A DNA stretch of 30,594 nucleotides from Gemmatimonadales bacterium (GTDB taxonomy: Bacteria > Gemmatimonadota > Gemmatimonadetes > Gemmatimonadales > GWC2-71-9). The stretch covers positions 1 to 30,594 of the forward strand of contig JBDIWC010000044.1 in assembly GCA_039794085.1 (NCBI GenBank). Direction: 5' to 3'. The notes beneath the pieces are model-generated. The model had not been told where the DNA came from. It made no database searches and saw nothing but the letters and a program-made list of their open reading frames with translations. Position 1 is the stretch's first letter. Every line of letters begins with the position of its first letter. Below are positions 8,563-17,563 of the stretch, in pieces. The translations under genes were made by a program, and so were the position numbers.

Positions 8563-10611
8563 CTACCCCTGAGGATTCAACAGCCGCCGAGCCGCCGCCA
8601 CCGCGTCGTGACTCCCGGTGAGGGCCACGAGATCGCCTGCGGCAAGCCGGGTTGCGGCGGGTGGAAACGCGATCCGGTCGTCCCCGCGCACCAGGGCCAC
8701 CACCGTGGCCCCGGTGAGACCCCGCAGATTGAGTGTCCCAATACTTTTCCCGTCCGCCGGGGTTCCCTCCTCGAGCCGAACCGGTTCCAGGAAACCGAGC
8801 CCGGGCAGGAGCTCCTCCACCCGGCTCAGGTCGTCCTCGTGCCCCGGCATCCCCTGACGTCCCAGCACGTGCACGACAAGCTCGGCTCCGGCCAGAGCAT
8901 GCCCCCGCAGGTCGGACGCGTTCCGCCAGAAGGCGATTCCCATGAGGAGGAGCAGCACCGCCACCACCGCGGCACCTCCGTACGGGACAAAGGGCTGGGA
9001 GACAATCACAACAGGAATTCCTACCAGGACCACCACGCCGATCTCGATCGCCAGGGCCAGCGTGCGGCGGGGCGGGGCCGCCTGATCCACCTTGCCCCTC
9101 GCGACAGGGGGCATGACACCCTCCGACAGGAGCCGCGCGAGGCGCTGCACCGAGGTGGCGAGCCCGATTCCGAACGGCACGGCGAGCAGGCCGCCGGAGA
9201 GAAGCACCGCCGTGCGCGCGAGCATCGGGGAGAGGCCGAATCGTTCCGCCAGGGTCGAGGACACCACACCAAGGGCCAGGGCCGTTCCCACCAGGAGTCC
9301 GGTGATCACCACCGTGTCGAGCAGGAGAAACGCCAGGTACCGCCGTCCCCGTCGCCAGGTCTCGCGTGCCGTGGCACGCCGGAGGGAGTCGATCCAGCTT
9401 CCGTAGAGGGTCGCGATCATCTGCAGCGGTTTCGGCAACCTCCGATCCACGGCGCACGCCGCCTCGTCGCCCCGGCGCTGGAGCCAGGGTGTGGCCAGGG
9501 ACGTCACCACCGACACTGCGACGGCCACCGGGAAGAAGTTCCCCATCGTGTCCGAGGAGGAGGTCAGCGTCAATCCCGCGATGATGAAGCTGAACTCCCC
9601 GATCTGGGTCATGGTGAGGCCGGCGTGCATCGCGGTCCGCAGGGAATACCCCGCCAACATGGCGCCGGTCGTGACCCCCACGGTCTTTCCCACCAGCACC
9701 ACACCCACGAGAACCAGCACCAGGGGCCAGATCTCCGCCAGCACGGCCGGGTCGATCAGCATGCCCACCGCCACGAAGAAGATGGCCGCGAACATGTCGC
9801 GCACCGGCTGCAGGAGCACCTCGATCTGGCGCACCGCCCCCGACTCGTGCAACACGGCACCGGCGATGAAGGCGCCGAGGGCGACGGAATAGCCGGCCAG
9901 CCGGGCGAGGAGCGCGAAGAGAAAGATCACCCCGACCACGGCCACCAAGGTGGTCTCCGGGCGACGGAGACGCACCGTGTACCGGATCGCCCGGGGCACC
10001 ACCAGAAGTCCGGCCACCGTCAGCGCCGTGAGCACCAGCATGAGACGCCCCAGCGTGCCCCCGATCGCCGCCCCGGTCAGGGTCATTCCGGCGGCAACCG
10101 TGGTCAGGATCACGATGAGGACGATGGCCGCGAGATCCTCCATGATCAGCACGCCGAGCACCAGTTCCCGGAGGGTCCGGGAGGGAGGGGGGGTGGCATC
10201 GGTGAACACCCGGGCGATGATCATGGTACTGGAGATGGCGATCATCCCTCCCAGGAAAAGACTTTCGGCGGGCGACCATCCCGCCACCCGTCCCACGGTG
10301 GCCCCGAGGAAGATCATCAGCCCGATCTCCACGACGGCCACCACCGCCACCCGAGGCCCGAGACGCGACAATGTGCGAAAGCTGAACTCGAGGCCGATGG
10401 AGGCCATCAGCAGCACCACCCCCAGCTCGGCCAGGGTCTGGATGATGCCCATGTCGGTGACCAGGGAGAACACTCCCGGCCCCACCAGGAGTCCCGCCAC
10501 GATGTAGCCCACGACACCCGGCTGCCGGAGCCGTTGGAAGATGACAGTGGTGATGGCGGCCACGGTAAGGACGATGGCCAGGTTGCGGAGAATCGCGTCG
10601 GAACCGTGCAT
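8563..10611 (-). CDS. CPA2-family cation:proton antiporter with C-terminal TrkA-C (RCK_C) domain
   Basis: GYIVAGLLVGP, AELGVVLLM.SIGLEFS, ISSTMII, LIMEDL, LGAFIAG, FFVAVGM, QIGEFSF; tail GKSIGTLNLRGLTGATVVAL. Confidence 0.92.
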   Translation of the reverse strand: MHGSDAILRNLAIVLTVAAITTVIFQRLRQPGVVGYIVAGLLVGPGVFSLVTDMGIIQTLAELGVVLLMASIGLEFSFRTLSRLGPRVAVVAVVEIGLMIFLGATVGRVAGWSPAESLFLGGMIAISSTMIIARVFTDATPPPSRTLRELVLGVLIMEDLAAIVLIVILTTVAAGMTLTGAAIGGTLGRLMLVLTALTVAGLLVVPRAIRYTVRLRRPETTLVAVVGVIFLFALLARLAGYSVALGAFIAGAVLHESGAVRQIEVLLQPVRDMFAAIFFVAVGMLIDPAVLAEIWPLVLVLVGVVLVGKTVGVTTGAMLAGYSLRTAMHAGLTMTQIGEFSFIIAGLTLTSSSDTMGNFFPVAVAVSVVTSLATPWLQRRGDEAACAVDRRLPKPLQMIATLYGSWIDSLRRATARETWRRGRRYLAFLLLDTVVITGLLVGTALALGVVSSTLAERFGLSPMLARTAVLLSGGLLAVPFGIGLATSVQRLARLLSEGVMPPVARGKVDQAAPPRRTLALAIEIGVVVLVGIPVVIVSQPFVPYGGAAVVAVLLLLMGIAFWRNASDLRGHALAGAELVVHVLGRQGMPGHEDDLSRVEELLPGLGFLEPVRLEEGTPADGKSIGTLNLRGLTGATVVALVRGDDRIAFPPAATRLAAGDLVALTGSHDAVAAARRLLNPQG

Positions 10612-10718
10612 GGGTGCTCGATTCTACCCGGATCCGGGGATGGAAGCCACTCCGCGACGCGAACGCGGGGCCGGACCCGAACGGCCCGACCCCGCGAGAT
10701 GACCGATCGTGGATCGGG

Positions 10719-11276
10719 TTACTTGGCGCGCTCCAGGTACTCCCCGGTGGCCGGATTGACCCGGACCTTCTCGCCCGGACCCACGAACTCAGGCACCTGC
10801 ACGGTCACCCCGTTGCTCAACACCGCCGGCTTGCTGCTCGCCGTCTTGGTGGCGGTCTTCATGAGGGGTGCCGTGTCCACCACTTCGAGCTCCACCACCG
10901 ACGGGAGCTGGATCGCGATCGGGCGGCCGTCGAGCCACTCCACCAAAAAGTTCATCCCCTCGGTGAGCCACTCCTTCTGGTCCCCCGTGGTGGTGTCATC
11001 CAGGGTGTACTGGTCGTAGGTGGTGCCGTCCATGACATGCACACCGGTGGCATCGCGGTAGAGCACCTGGAGTTCCTTGGTGTCGAGCCGCACCGTCTCC
11101 ACGTTTTCCGTGGCGCTGTAGCGGTGATCGAAGGTGTTTCCCGTCACCAGGTTGCGCATCCGGGCCTGCACGAAGGCCCGGAGGTTCCCCGGGGTGCGAT
11201 GGGTGAAATCCATCACTCGGCACGGCTGCCCGTTGAAGAGGACCACGTGGCCCTTGCGAATGTCGTTGGCCTTCAC
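10719..11276 (-). CDS. efp: elongation factor P family protein with a PGNL loop
   Basis: KAND.RKG..., HRTPGNLRAFVQ..MRNL.TG, LQVLYRD, KPAVLSNG.TVQVPEFV..GEKVRV....GEY.ERA. GTG start after AGAAGGA. Confidence 0.92.
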   Translation of the reverse strand: MKANDIRKGHVVLFNGQPCRVMDFTHRTPGNLRAFVQARMRNLVTGNTFDHRYSATENVETVRLDTKELQVLYRDATGVHVMDGTTYDQYTLDDTTTGDQKEWLTEGMNFLVEWLDGRPIAIQLPSVVELEVVDTAPLMKTATKTASSKPAVLSNGVTVQVPEFVGPGEKVRVNPATGEYLERAK

Positions 11277-11502
11277 GATACCATCCTTCTGATCGGTAGA
11301 TTCGCGGAGCGCTCGCTCCCCGCCATAGCCTTTAAAGATAGCCCCTTCTGTCCGGTTTCGGGACTCCTTACCTGCGCGGACCTCGACCACCTGGCTTTTT
11401 TCTCCCCTCCGGTGATGCGGCCCTGACACGGCGGGCCCGGAAGCACTCTTCTCTGACGGCGGTCGTGCCGACGTGGAGTCGCGCGTGCCAGCGGTACGAG
11501 CG

Positions 11503-12094
11503 CCAAGGATGGCTGGTTGAGGAGAGCGCGATGGCGAGCGCCGCGTAGGGACGTAGCTTGCTTCGGGATGGCCAAACGACCCCCGGTGCGACCGTCAGGA
11601 GCCGCTCGCAAGGCCGAGGCGATCCGGGCCCTCGCAATGACGGCATCAGGGACTCGCCGGTGTGCGGCGAGTATCCACGAGCCGCAGTGGACGAGCCCGC
11701 CAACCGCTCCGGCATGGAAGGCCGTCCCATGGTGCGCCAGTCGAGAGCCGCTCACGGGATTGCCACGGGCCCTGCGGGCCCTCGCAATGACAGCATCGGG
11801 ATGGCGAAAGGCCCCGGCAATTGCCGGGGCCGTGTTTCCACAACCATCAGGGACTCGCCGGTGTGCGGCGAGTATCCACGAGCCGCAGTGGACGAGCCCG
11901 CCAACCGCTCCGGCATGGAAGGCCGTCCCATGGTGCGCCAGTCGAGAGCCGCTCACGGGATTGCCACGGGCCCTGCGGGCCCTCGCAATGACAGCATCGG
12001 GACTCGCCGGCGTGCGTCGAATGCCCTCGAGCCGCACCCCGACGAGCCCTCCTCGGGATGGCGAAAGGCCCCGGCTGTTGCCGGGGCCTTTCGC
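11503..12094. repeat. composite tandem repeat array (BIME-like): 2 identical 158-bp units plus 2 degenerate units, REPs and a duplicated terminator hairpin
   Basis: 11644-11801 is identical to 11845-12002 (period 201). Degenerate copies at ~11503-11643 and 11995-12050. Confidence 0.9.
12061..12094 (-). terminator. 15-bp perfect hairpin downstream of tRNA-Asn, probable terminator
   Basis: GCGAAAGGCCCCGGC-TGTT-GCCGGGGCCTTTCGC. Confidence 0.7.
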
Positions 12095-12097
12095 ACA

Positions 12098-12170
12098 CTC
12101 CCGAGGAGGGACTCGAACCCCCGACCCGGTGATTAACAGTCACCTGCTCTACCAACTGAGCTACTCGGGA
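12098..12170 (-). tRNA. tRNA-Asn(GTT), CCA not encoded
   Basis: TCCCGAG/CTCGGGA acceptor stem, TAGCTCAGTTGGTAGAGC D arm, GGTGA-CTGTTAA-TCACC anticodon arm, GGTTCGAGTCC T loop. Confidence 0.97.
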
Positions 12171-12184
12171 AAGACAAGCCTGAG

Positions 12185-12214
12185 AAACTAATCTCCCAAG
12201 ACCCGATTCGTCAA
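12185..12214 (-). promoter_or_regulatory. sigma70-type promoter of tRNA-Asn
   Basis: TTGACG-N18-TAGTTT, ending 14 nt before the tRNA. Confidence 0.6.
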
Positions 12215-12337
12215 CCAACCAGGACCAACTACCCCATCTTGGCAGACCGGCCGTATCATCTGCCATGGCCGCCACAATGGCAGTGATCTTGTTAACCGGC
12301 CAACTCCATGCCGAGCAACAAGCTCCGACAATGTAGC

Positions 12338-12377
12338 GAGCGTTTGCTCACATTTACTTGGATGTGAGCAAACACTC
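12338..12377. promoter_or_regulatory. inverted repeat with 12-bp perfect arms and an 8-bp spacer
   Basis: GTTTGCTCACAT-TTACTTGG-ATGTGAGCAAAC; extends to 16 bp with one mismatch. Confidence 0.6.
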
Positions 12378-12505
12378 ACGGGCGCCATTCCGGCACTCCG
12401 AGTGCAGTTTTTGTGACTCCCGTCACCTATAAATCGTTCCAGTACACCATCTTAGGAAACTTCTTCCTCTTCCAATTCGCCCCTCCACCCGCTACATTTC
12501 ACCCC

Positions 12506-13591
12506 ATGATTCACCCCCTCGTCGGCCATGCCGACCGACTCGAAGAGATTGGAAGCGCCATCGCTGCCGATCGATTCCCCCAGGTCATCCTTCTCATCGG
12601 ACCCGAGGGTGTCGGCAAGCAGAGGGTCGGGCTCTGGATCGCGCAACGCCTTCTCTGTGCATCCCCCGAGGGGCCTCTGCCCTGCGGCCACTGTCCCGCA
12701 TGCCACAAGGTGCTCAACCTGGGACATCCGGACCTCCACTGGTTCGTACCCATTCCCCGGCCCAAGGCGTCCGACCCCGACAAGCAGGTCGACGAAGCCG
12801 CCGACTCGCTCGCCGAGATCATGGCCGAGCGGAGGAGCTCGTCCCTCTACCAGGCCCCTGATGGAATGGCGAGCCACTCGGTCGCGAGCGCACGCCTCCT
12901 GGCCAGGCGGGTGTCTCTCACGCCGGTCGAGGGGCCCCGGAAGGTGATCCTCCTCGGCCATGCCGATCGTCTGGTGCCCCAGGAATCGAGCCCCGAGGCC
13001 GCCAACGCGCTGCTCAAGCTCCTCGAGGAGCCGCCAGCCAGCACCTGGATCATCCTCACCACCACCGATGCGGGCCAGGTGCTTCCCACCATCCGGTCGC
13101 GAGCGGTGCCGATCCGGCTCCGCCCCCTGCCCGATGCGATGGTGCGCACCTTTCTCGCCGATCACCTTTCACCGGTCCCCTCCGACCTCGACCTCCGGGT
13201 GAGGCGCGCCGAAGGATCCATCGGAGCCGCCCTGGGAGAGGGAGAGGCGGGTTCGAAGGGAGCCCTGGCCGCGGCGAGTTTCCTGGCGGCGATCCGCAAC
13301 ACGGAGGAGGCCTACACCCGCTGCCTGGCCCAGGCCCCATGGCAGGCCCGGGGCGAGTTCAGCGATCTCCTCGAATCTCTCGCCGGCTCTCTGGGGGACG
13401 CGGTCCGCTCGGCCACCGGAACACCACCGCGCCGGCCCCTGCCGCCGTCTCTGAGGGGCATCAACGACCCCGTCGTTCTGCTCCACGCACTCGGGCGGGT
13501 GCAGGACACATGGACTCTGGCTCAGGGAAATGGAAACCCGCAGATCCTCCTGGCCTCGCTCGCGGCAGACCTGCACGAGGTCCTGGCATGA
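12506..13591 (+). CDS. holB: DNA polymerase III delta' subunit
   Basis: GPEGVGK, LLC...[32 protein letters not shown]. Confidence 0.9.
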   Translation: MIHPLVGHADRLEEIGSAIAADRFPQVILLIGPEGVGKQRVGLWIAQRLLCASPEGPLPCGHCPACHKVLNLGHPDLHWFVPIPRPKASDPDKQVDEAADSLAEIMAERRSSSLYQAPDGMASHSVASARLLARRVSLTPVEGPRKVILLGHADRLVPQESSPEAANALLKLLEEPPASTWIILTTTDAGQVLPTIRSRAVPIRLRPLPDAMVRTFLADHLSPVPSDLDLRVRRAEGSIGAALGEGEAGSKGALAAASFLAAIRNTEEAYTRCLAQAPWQARGEFSDLLESLAGSLGDAVRSATGTPPRRPLPPSLRGINDPVVLLHALGRVQDTWTLAQGNGNPQILLASLAADLHEVLA

Positions 13592-14085
13592 CGTCACTTT
13601 CGCACGTTGATCCCCGGGGCCGCGCGACCATGGTCGACGTGTCCGCCAAATCTCCCACCGTGCGCACCGCCACCGCGTCGGGGCGGGTCCGGATGTCCGC
13701 CGAGGCCCTGGCGCTGGTGTCGGCCAATGCCCTGGCCAAGGGAGATGTTCTCGGCACCGCGCGCCTGGCGGGGATCCTGGCCGCCAAGCGCACTGCCGAC
13801 CTCATCCCCCTCTGTCACCCCCTTCCACTCGACTCCATCGCGGTGGACTGCTCGGTTGATCCGGCACTCCCCGGGGTGCGAGTCGAGGCCACGGTCGGCG
13901 CCACGGCACGGACCGGGGTGGAGATGGAGGCGTTGACCGCCGTGTCGGTGGCCTGCCTCACGGTGTATGACATGGTCAAGGCCGCCGACCGGCACATGAC
14001 GATTGACGCGATTTCCGTCCGCAGCAAGCAGGGAGGACGCCACGACTGGTCCGCGGACGCCACCTCTTCAGGAGACACTGCATGA
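13588..14085 (+). CDS. moaC: cyclic pyranopterin monophosphate synthase
   Basis: [49 protein letters not shown] overlap with holB. Confidence 0.96.
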   Translation: MTSLSHVDPRGRATMVDVSAKSPTVRTATASGRVRMSAEALALVSANALAKGDVLGTARLAGILAAKRTADLIPLCHPLPLDSIAVDCSVDPALPGVRVEATVGATARTGVEMEALTAVSVACLTVYDMVKAADRHMTIDAISVRSKQGGRHDWSADATSSGDTA

Positions 14086-14765
14086 GTCGATGGACCGTGG
14101 ATCACCCCCGCCCGCGCCGACGAAGCCGCTGGGCCCTTCGCATGCGTCACGCCTCGCGCCTGGGGCTGCTCGCCCTCGGACTCGGAGGGATGACCGCCGC
14201 CCTCCGGTCGCTGGTGGCGGATGCGCAACCACGCGAGGAGCCCGCGGCCGCGGTGCTGGAGGAGATGGCCGGCCTTCAGCGGGAACTCGAATCGACGCAG
14301 GGCAAGGTGACCCTCCTGGAGCTTCGGCTCGAGCGGGCGGACGCGGTGATCGAGTATTCCGCCGAGTATCGGATCCCGGCGGACGTCTCCGGCGCCGTGT
14401 ATGATGCGGCTGTGAGCGAGGGGATCCACCCCTCCCTCGGGTTCCAGTTGGTCAAGGTGGAGAGTGGTTTCCTGCATCGGGCCGTCAGCAACAAGAGCGC
14501 GATCGGGTACACGCAGGTCCGGTTGCCCACGGCGCGCTTCTACCAGCCGGACATCACCGAGGAACAGCTGCACGACCCGGAGGTCAATCTCCGAATCGGG
14601 TTCCGGTTCCTGAAGGATCTGTTGAAGCGGTTCGACGGCGATCTGCGCGTCGCATTGTTGGCCTACAACCGGGGCCCCACGCGGGTGGCGGAGATCCTCG
14701 CCGCGGGGGAAGATCCGGCCAACGGCTATTCGCGGGCGGTGCTCAGCGGGATGAAGAAGGAGTAG
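14082..14765 (+). CDS. SLT-family lytic transglycosylase with an N-terminal hydrophobic segment and coiled coil
   Basis: VESGF...AVS.K.AIG.TQV...[27 protein letters not shown] overlap with moaC. Confidence 0.88.
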   Translation: MSRWTVDHPRPRRRSRWALRMRHASRLGLLALGLGGMTAALRSLVADAQPREEPAAAVLEEMAGLQRELESTQGKVTLLELRLERADAVIEYSAEYRIPADVSGAVYDAAVSEGIHPSLGFQLVKVESGFLHRAVSNKSAIGYTQVRLPTARFYQPDITEEQLHDPEVNLRIGFRFLKDLLKRFDGDLRVALLAYNRGPTRVAEILAAGEDPANGYSRAVLSGMKKE

Positions 14766-16446
14766 CGCCCCCCGGAACGGTCAACCGGGCACCGGCTTGA
14801 ATACGGCTCGACCGGAGGCCATTGGCCGATCGCAAGGCCTGGACCGACACCCCGTACCGGTCCGCGATGCCGGAGAGCGTCTCTCCGCGCCGGACCGTGT
14901 GAACCCGCCCCTCGGTCGTCCCCCGCCGGGCCGTGGACTTCTCGGCCCCGGCTACCCGGAGCCGTTGTCCGGCCCGGATCGTTGTTCCTCGCAACCCGTT
15001 CCATTCCTGCAGGGCACCCACTGACACCCGGTACCGCCGGGCGATCGCTCCCAGGGTCTCCCCCCGGCGGACCACATGGGTGCGGGCCGAGGTGGATTCC
15101 GGCGACGGGTCCGCCGCCACCGCCGTCCGTGCCGACACCCGGCTTGCCGAGCTCCCGCCCAGCGTGGGCACCACGAGCACCTGCCCGACCTTCAGTCGCG
15201 TGGGCCGCACCCGGGGATTGGCATCCCGAAGGTCGGCCACACTCACCCGGTATCGGCGCGCAATGACGCCGAAGTTCTCCCCGCGTTTCACCACATGCTC
15301 CAGAAACGAGACCCGCTCCCCCGGGGGAAGCGCCGCGAGTCCTGCCGCCGCCGCCGCCCCGGTCCCTGGGGGAAGCCGGAGCACCGTGGTGCGCCCGGGA
15401 CTGGTGATACCCCTGAGCAGGTGCGGGTTCAGGTCGCGAAGAGTCTTTTCCGGAGCACCGGCAAGCCGCGCCACCACATCGATCCCCACTGCCCCCTCCA
15501 CCCTCAGGGAGTCCGCCTCATACGGCGGGGTGCTTCTCTGCGGAGAAAATCCGTAGCGTTCCGGCTCCTTGGCGATGAGCGCCGCGGCAATCAATTTCGG
15601 AACGTAATCCTTCGTCTCGGGATGAATGTACCGGGTATCCGCCAACTCGAAGAAGGCGGCGTCGACGAAGGAGGGTCCGCTGGCCCCGTCTCCATCCCCC
15701 AGCAGGGCACTACGGGTGGGAAGCCGGTTCAGACCCCGGGACACCCGGCCCGGGCCTCCATTGTAGGCCGCGGCCGCCACATACGGCGATCCGAACTGGT
15801 TCGTCAGATCCGTCAGGTACCGAACGGCGGCATGGGTGGCCTTCACCGGATCCCGGCGCTCATCGACCCAGCGGTCGATCCGGAGACCGAACATCCGGGC
15901 GGTTCCCGGCATGAACTGCCACATGCCGACCGCGCGCGACCGGCTGACCGCCGAATTCGAGAACCCCGACTCGATCAGGGCCAGGTAGACCAGATCGCCA
16001 GGGAGGTTGGCCTCCTGCAGGGCCCCCCGGATCATTGGCTCGTACACCGGAAGGCGCTCGAGCCAGATCGCCATCCGCTCCCGGGCCTGGTTCTGGAAGA
16101 AATTCAGATAGAACTGGACGCGATGATGGGTGGTGTAGGACGAAACGTCGATGTCCCAGGTGACCTCGATGGCCTCCCCGGTCGTATCGGGATCGGTCGC
16201 GGTCTGGAGCAGGTCAAGAATGAAGGCATCGGCCAGCGAGTCGGCCCGGGCGGCGGAATCGAGCACAGGGGGGCGCACGGTGTCAAAGGACGCCTCCCGT
16301 CCGACAGAACCCGGTGGGGCGGAAGGCCGGGGTTCGGGGCGATCTGCCCCCGCCGGCGGCACCTCAACCGGCGAACCGGCCATCGGTGCGGCGCAACCCG
16401 CCACCAGCGCGAGTCCTCCCAGAACCAGTGAGCGCATGAAGGACAT
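14743..16446 (-). CDS. MltD-like lipoprotein lytic transglycosylase with three LysM domains
   Basis: Lipobox LVAGC; LALIESGF, AVGMWQFMPGT, VDERRDP, AAYNGG, ETKDYVPK; three H.V.RGE...IA.RY.VSV repeats. Confidence 0.92.
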   Translation of the reverse strand: MSFMRSLVLGGLALVAGCAAPMAGSPVEVPPAGADRPEPRPSAPPGSVGREASFDTVRPPVLDSAARADSLADAFILDLLQTATDPDTTGEAIEVTWDIDVSSYTTHHRVQFYLNFFQNQARERMAIWLERLPVYEPMIRGALQEANLPGDLVYLALIESGFSNSAVSRSRAVGMWQFMPGTARMFGLRIDRWVDERRDPVKATHAAVRYLTDLTNQFGSPYVAAAAYNGGPGRVSRGLNRLPTRSALLGDGDGASGPSFVDAAFFELADTRYIHPETKDYVPKLIAAALIAKEPERYGFSPQRSTPPYEADSLRVEGAVGIDVVARLAGAPEKTLRDLNPHLLRGITSPGRTTVLRLPPGTGAAAAAGLAALPPGERVSFLEHVVKRGENFGVIARRYRVSVADLRDANPRVRPTRLKVGQVLVVPTLGGSSASRVSARTAVAADPSPESTSARTHVVRRGETLGAIARRYRVSVGALQEWNGLRGTTIRAGQRLRVAGAEKSTARRGTTEGRVHTVRRGETLSGIADRYGVSVQALRSANGLRSSRIQAGARLTVPGGATPSSSR

Positions 16447-16585
16447 GGGACCCCCAGGGTGTTCCCGCCCCGGGGGCGGATACTCGGAAATTGTTGTCAC
16501 AGGGCACCTTGGCCGACGGACGCGGCGGAACGAGGAGGATCCTGGTGTCATAGGATGCGTGACGCCCGGAAAGGGTTGCACCCCC

Positions 16586-17002
16586 TCATGCCGGCGCCCG
16601 GCCCCAGAGGAGCCGGTTGGTGGCATGGAGTACGGCAAGAGCCGCGCCGCGCGGGGTATCGGTATCGGTCAGGTAGGACCCGACGATTCTCGGACCCCGG
16701 GGGTGGTCGGCATCCAGCGAGACGATGACCACGGTGGCATCAAAGGCCCGCACGGCCTTCACACCCAGGAGTTGGAAGGCGGGGTCATGCACGGCCTGCG
16801 CCAGGGCGTGGATGCACGCGAGGGCGGCACACCGCAATTCACCCGAGTCCGACGCCACTCCCTCCGCGCTTCCCACCACCTCGGAATCATCGTCCCACGC
16901 GAGGGTCACGCGGGCACGACAGCGCCCATCGGGTCGACGCTCCAACTCGAACGCGTGGAACCGGGGCCGGGACCGATCCGGGACGACGGCGTCCCGATTC
17001 AC
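16586..17002 (-). CDS. hypothetical protein (138 aa)
   Basis: GTGA overlap with the upstream ORF; globular composition; ends AVLHATNR. Confidence 0.7.
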   Translation of the reverse strand: MNRDAVVPDRSRPRFHAFELERRPDGRCRARVTLAWDDDSEVVGSAEGVASDSGELRCAALACIHALAQAVHDPAFQLLGVKAVRAFDATVVIVSLDADHPRGPRIVGSYLTDTDTPRGAALAVLHATNRLLWGRAPA

Positions 17003-17253
17003 GAGGGAACGCCGAGCCCGACATCGAGTTGCACGCCGGCGACGGGCGGCGTGCGGACCACGTCCACCGCAAGACAGGGCTGTCCCGCCTCGTCCCGCTC
17101 GGCGGTGACCAGGAGCTGGAGGCCCGGCCCCATCTCCAACCGGAGGTGCCGGAAATCGGTTCGGAGAGAGGCCTCCTCGATGCGCTGCCCTCGCAGCTCG
17201 CGGAGCGAGGCGGCGACCTGCCGCAGATCCTGCATCGTGACCCGGGTCGTCAA
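16999..17253 (-). CDS. hypothetical protein (~80 aa)
   Basis: GAGGAGG RBS before TTG at 17253 (alternative ATG at 17235); fills the operon gap. Confidence 0.6.
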   Translation of the reverse strand: MTTRVTMQDLRQVAASLRELRGQRIEEASLRTDFRHLRLEMGPGLQLLVTAERDEAGQPCLAVDVVRTPPVAGVQLDVGLGVPS

Positions 17254-17263
17254 GGCACCCTCC

Positions 17264-17500
17264 TCACCGAAGGCGTTGAGACAGAACGGAGACCAGCGCG
17301 TCATCGCTCAAGCGATCGGCCCTCGCAAAGACTCCAGCCCGGGAGGGAGCCCGGACCGGGGCTTCGACCCAGAGGGACCGCCGGGAGCCTTCGCGACGGA
17401 AGGACAGCATCAGGCGCCAGTCATCCCGATGGGGAGGACGCTCGGCGGCGCAGGAGACGGACCAGACTGCATCATCGTGTTCAAGCACGCGCCAGGTCAT
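17264..17500 (-). CDS. hypothetical protein (78 aa)
   Basis: MTWRVLEHDD.VWSV...; same-strand operon position; protein-like composition. Confidence 0.6.
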   Translation of the reverse strand: MTWRVLEHDDAVWSVSCAAERPPHRDDWRLMLSFRREGSRRSLWVEAPVRAPSRAGVFARADRLSDDALVSVLSQRLR

Positions 17501-17563
17501 GCACACCACCAGATCAAAACGGGAGGGGAGGATCTCGCAATATCCGCCCGATCCCCCCGGCGG

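Noticed and set aside
11368..11730. RAYT transposase remnant (PWRSYRWH resembles WSSY)
   Set aside because: No HUH motif, and most of the segment is explained as a degenerate repeat unit.
11644..12002. CRISPR array
   Set aside because: Units are 158 bp and identical, with no unique spacers and no cas genes nearby.
7916..12098. Integrative element between the TA module and tRNA-Asn
   Set aside because: No integrase, no duplicated tRNA 3' end, and the intervening genes are housekeeping.
11273..12275. ORFs spanning the repeat array and tRNA (e.g. 11273-12037, 11517-12191)
   Set aside because: They stay open because the 201-bp period is a multiple of 3 in GC-rich DNA; they have no protein motifs and overlap REPs or the tRNA.
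12171..12505. Replication origin or dif site in the AT-rich gap
   Set aside because: No consensus DnaA boxes; the dyad is 12-8-12 rather than the 11-6-11 dif pattern; the TAA...TTA motif near 12430-12455 is too degenerate.
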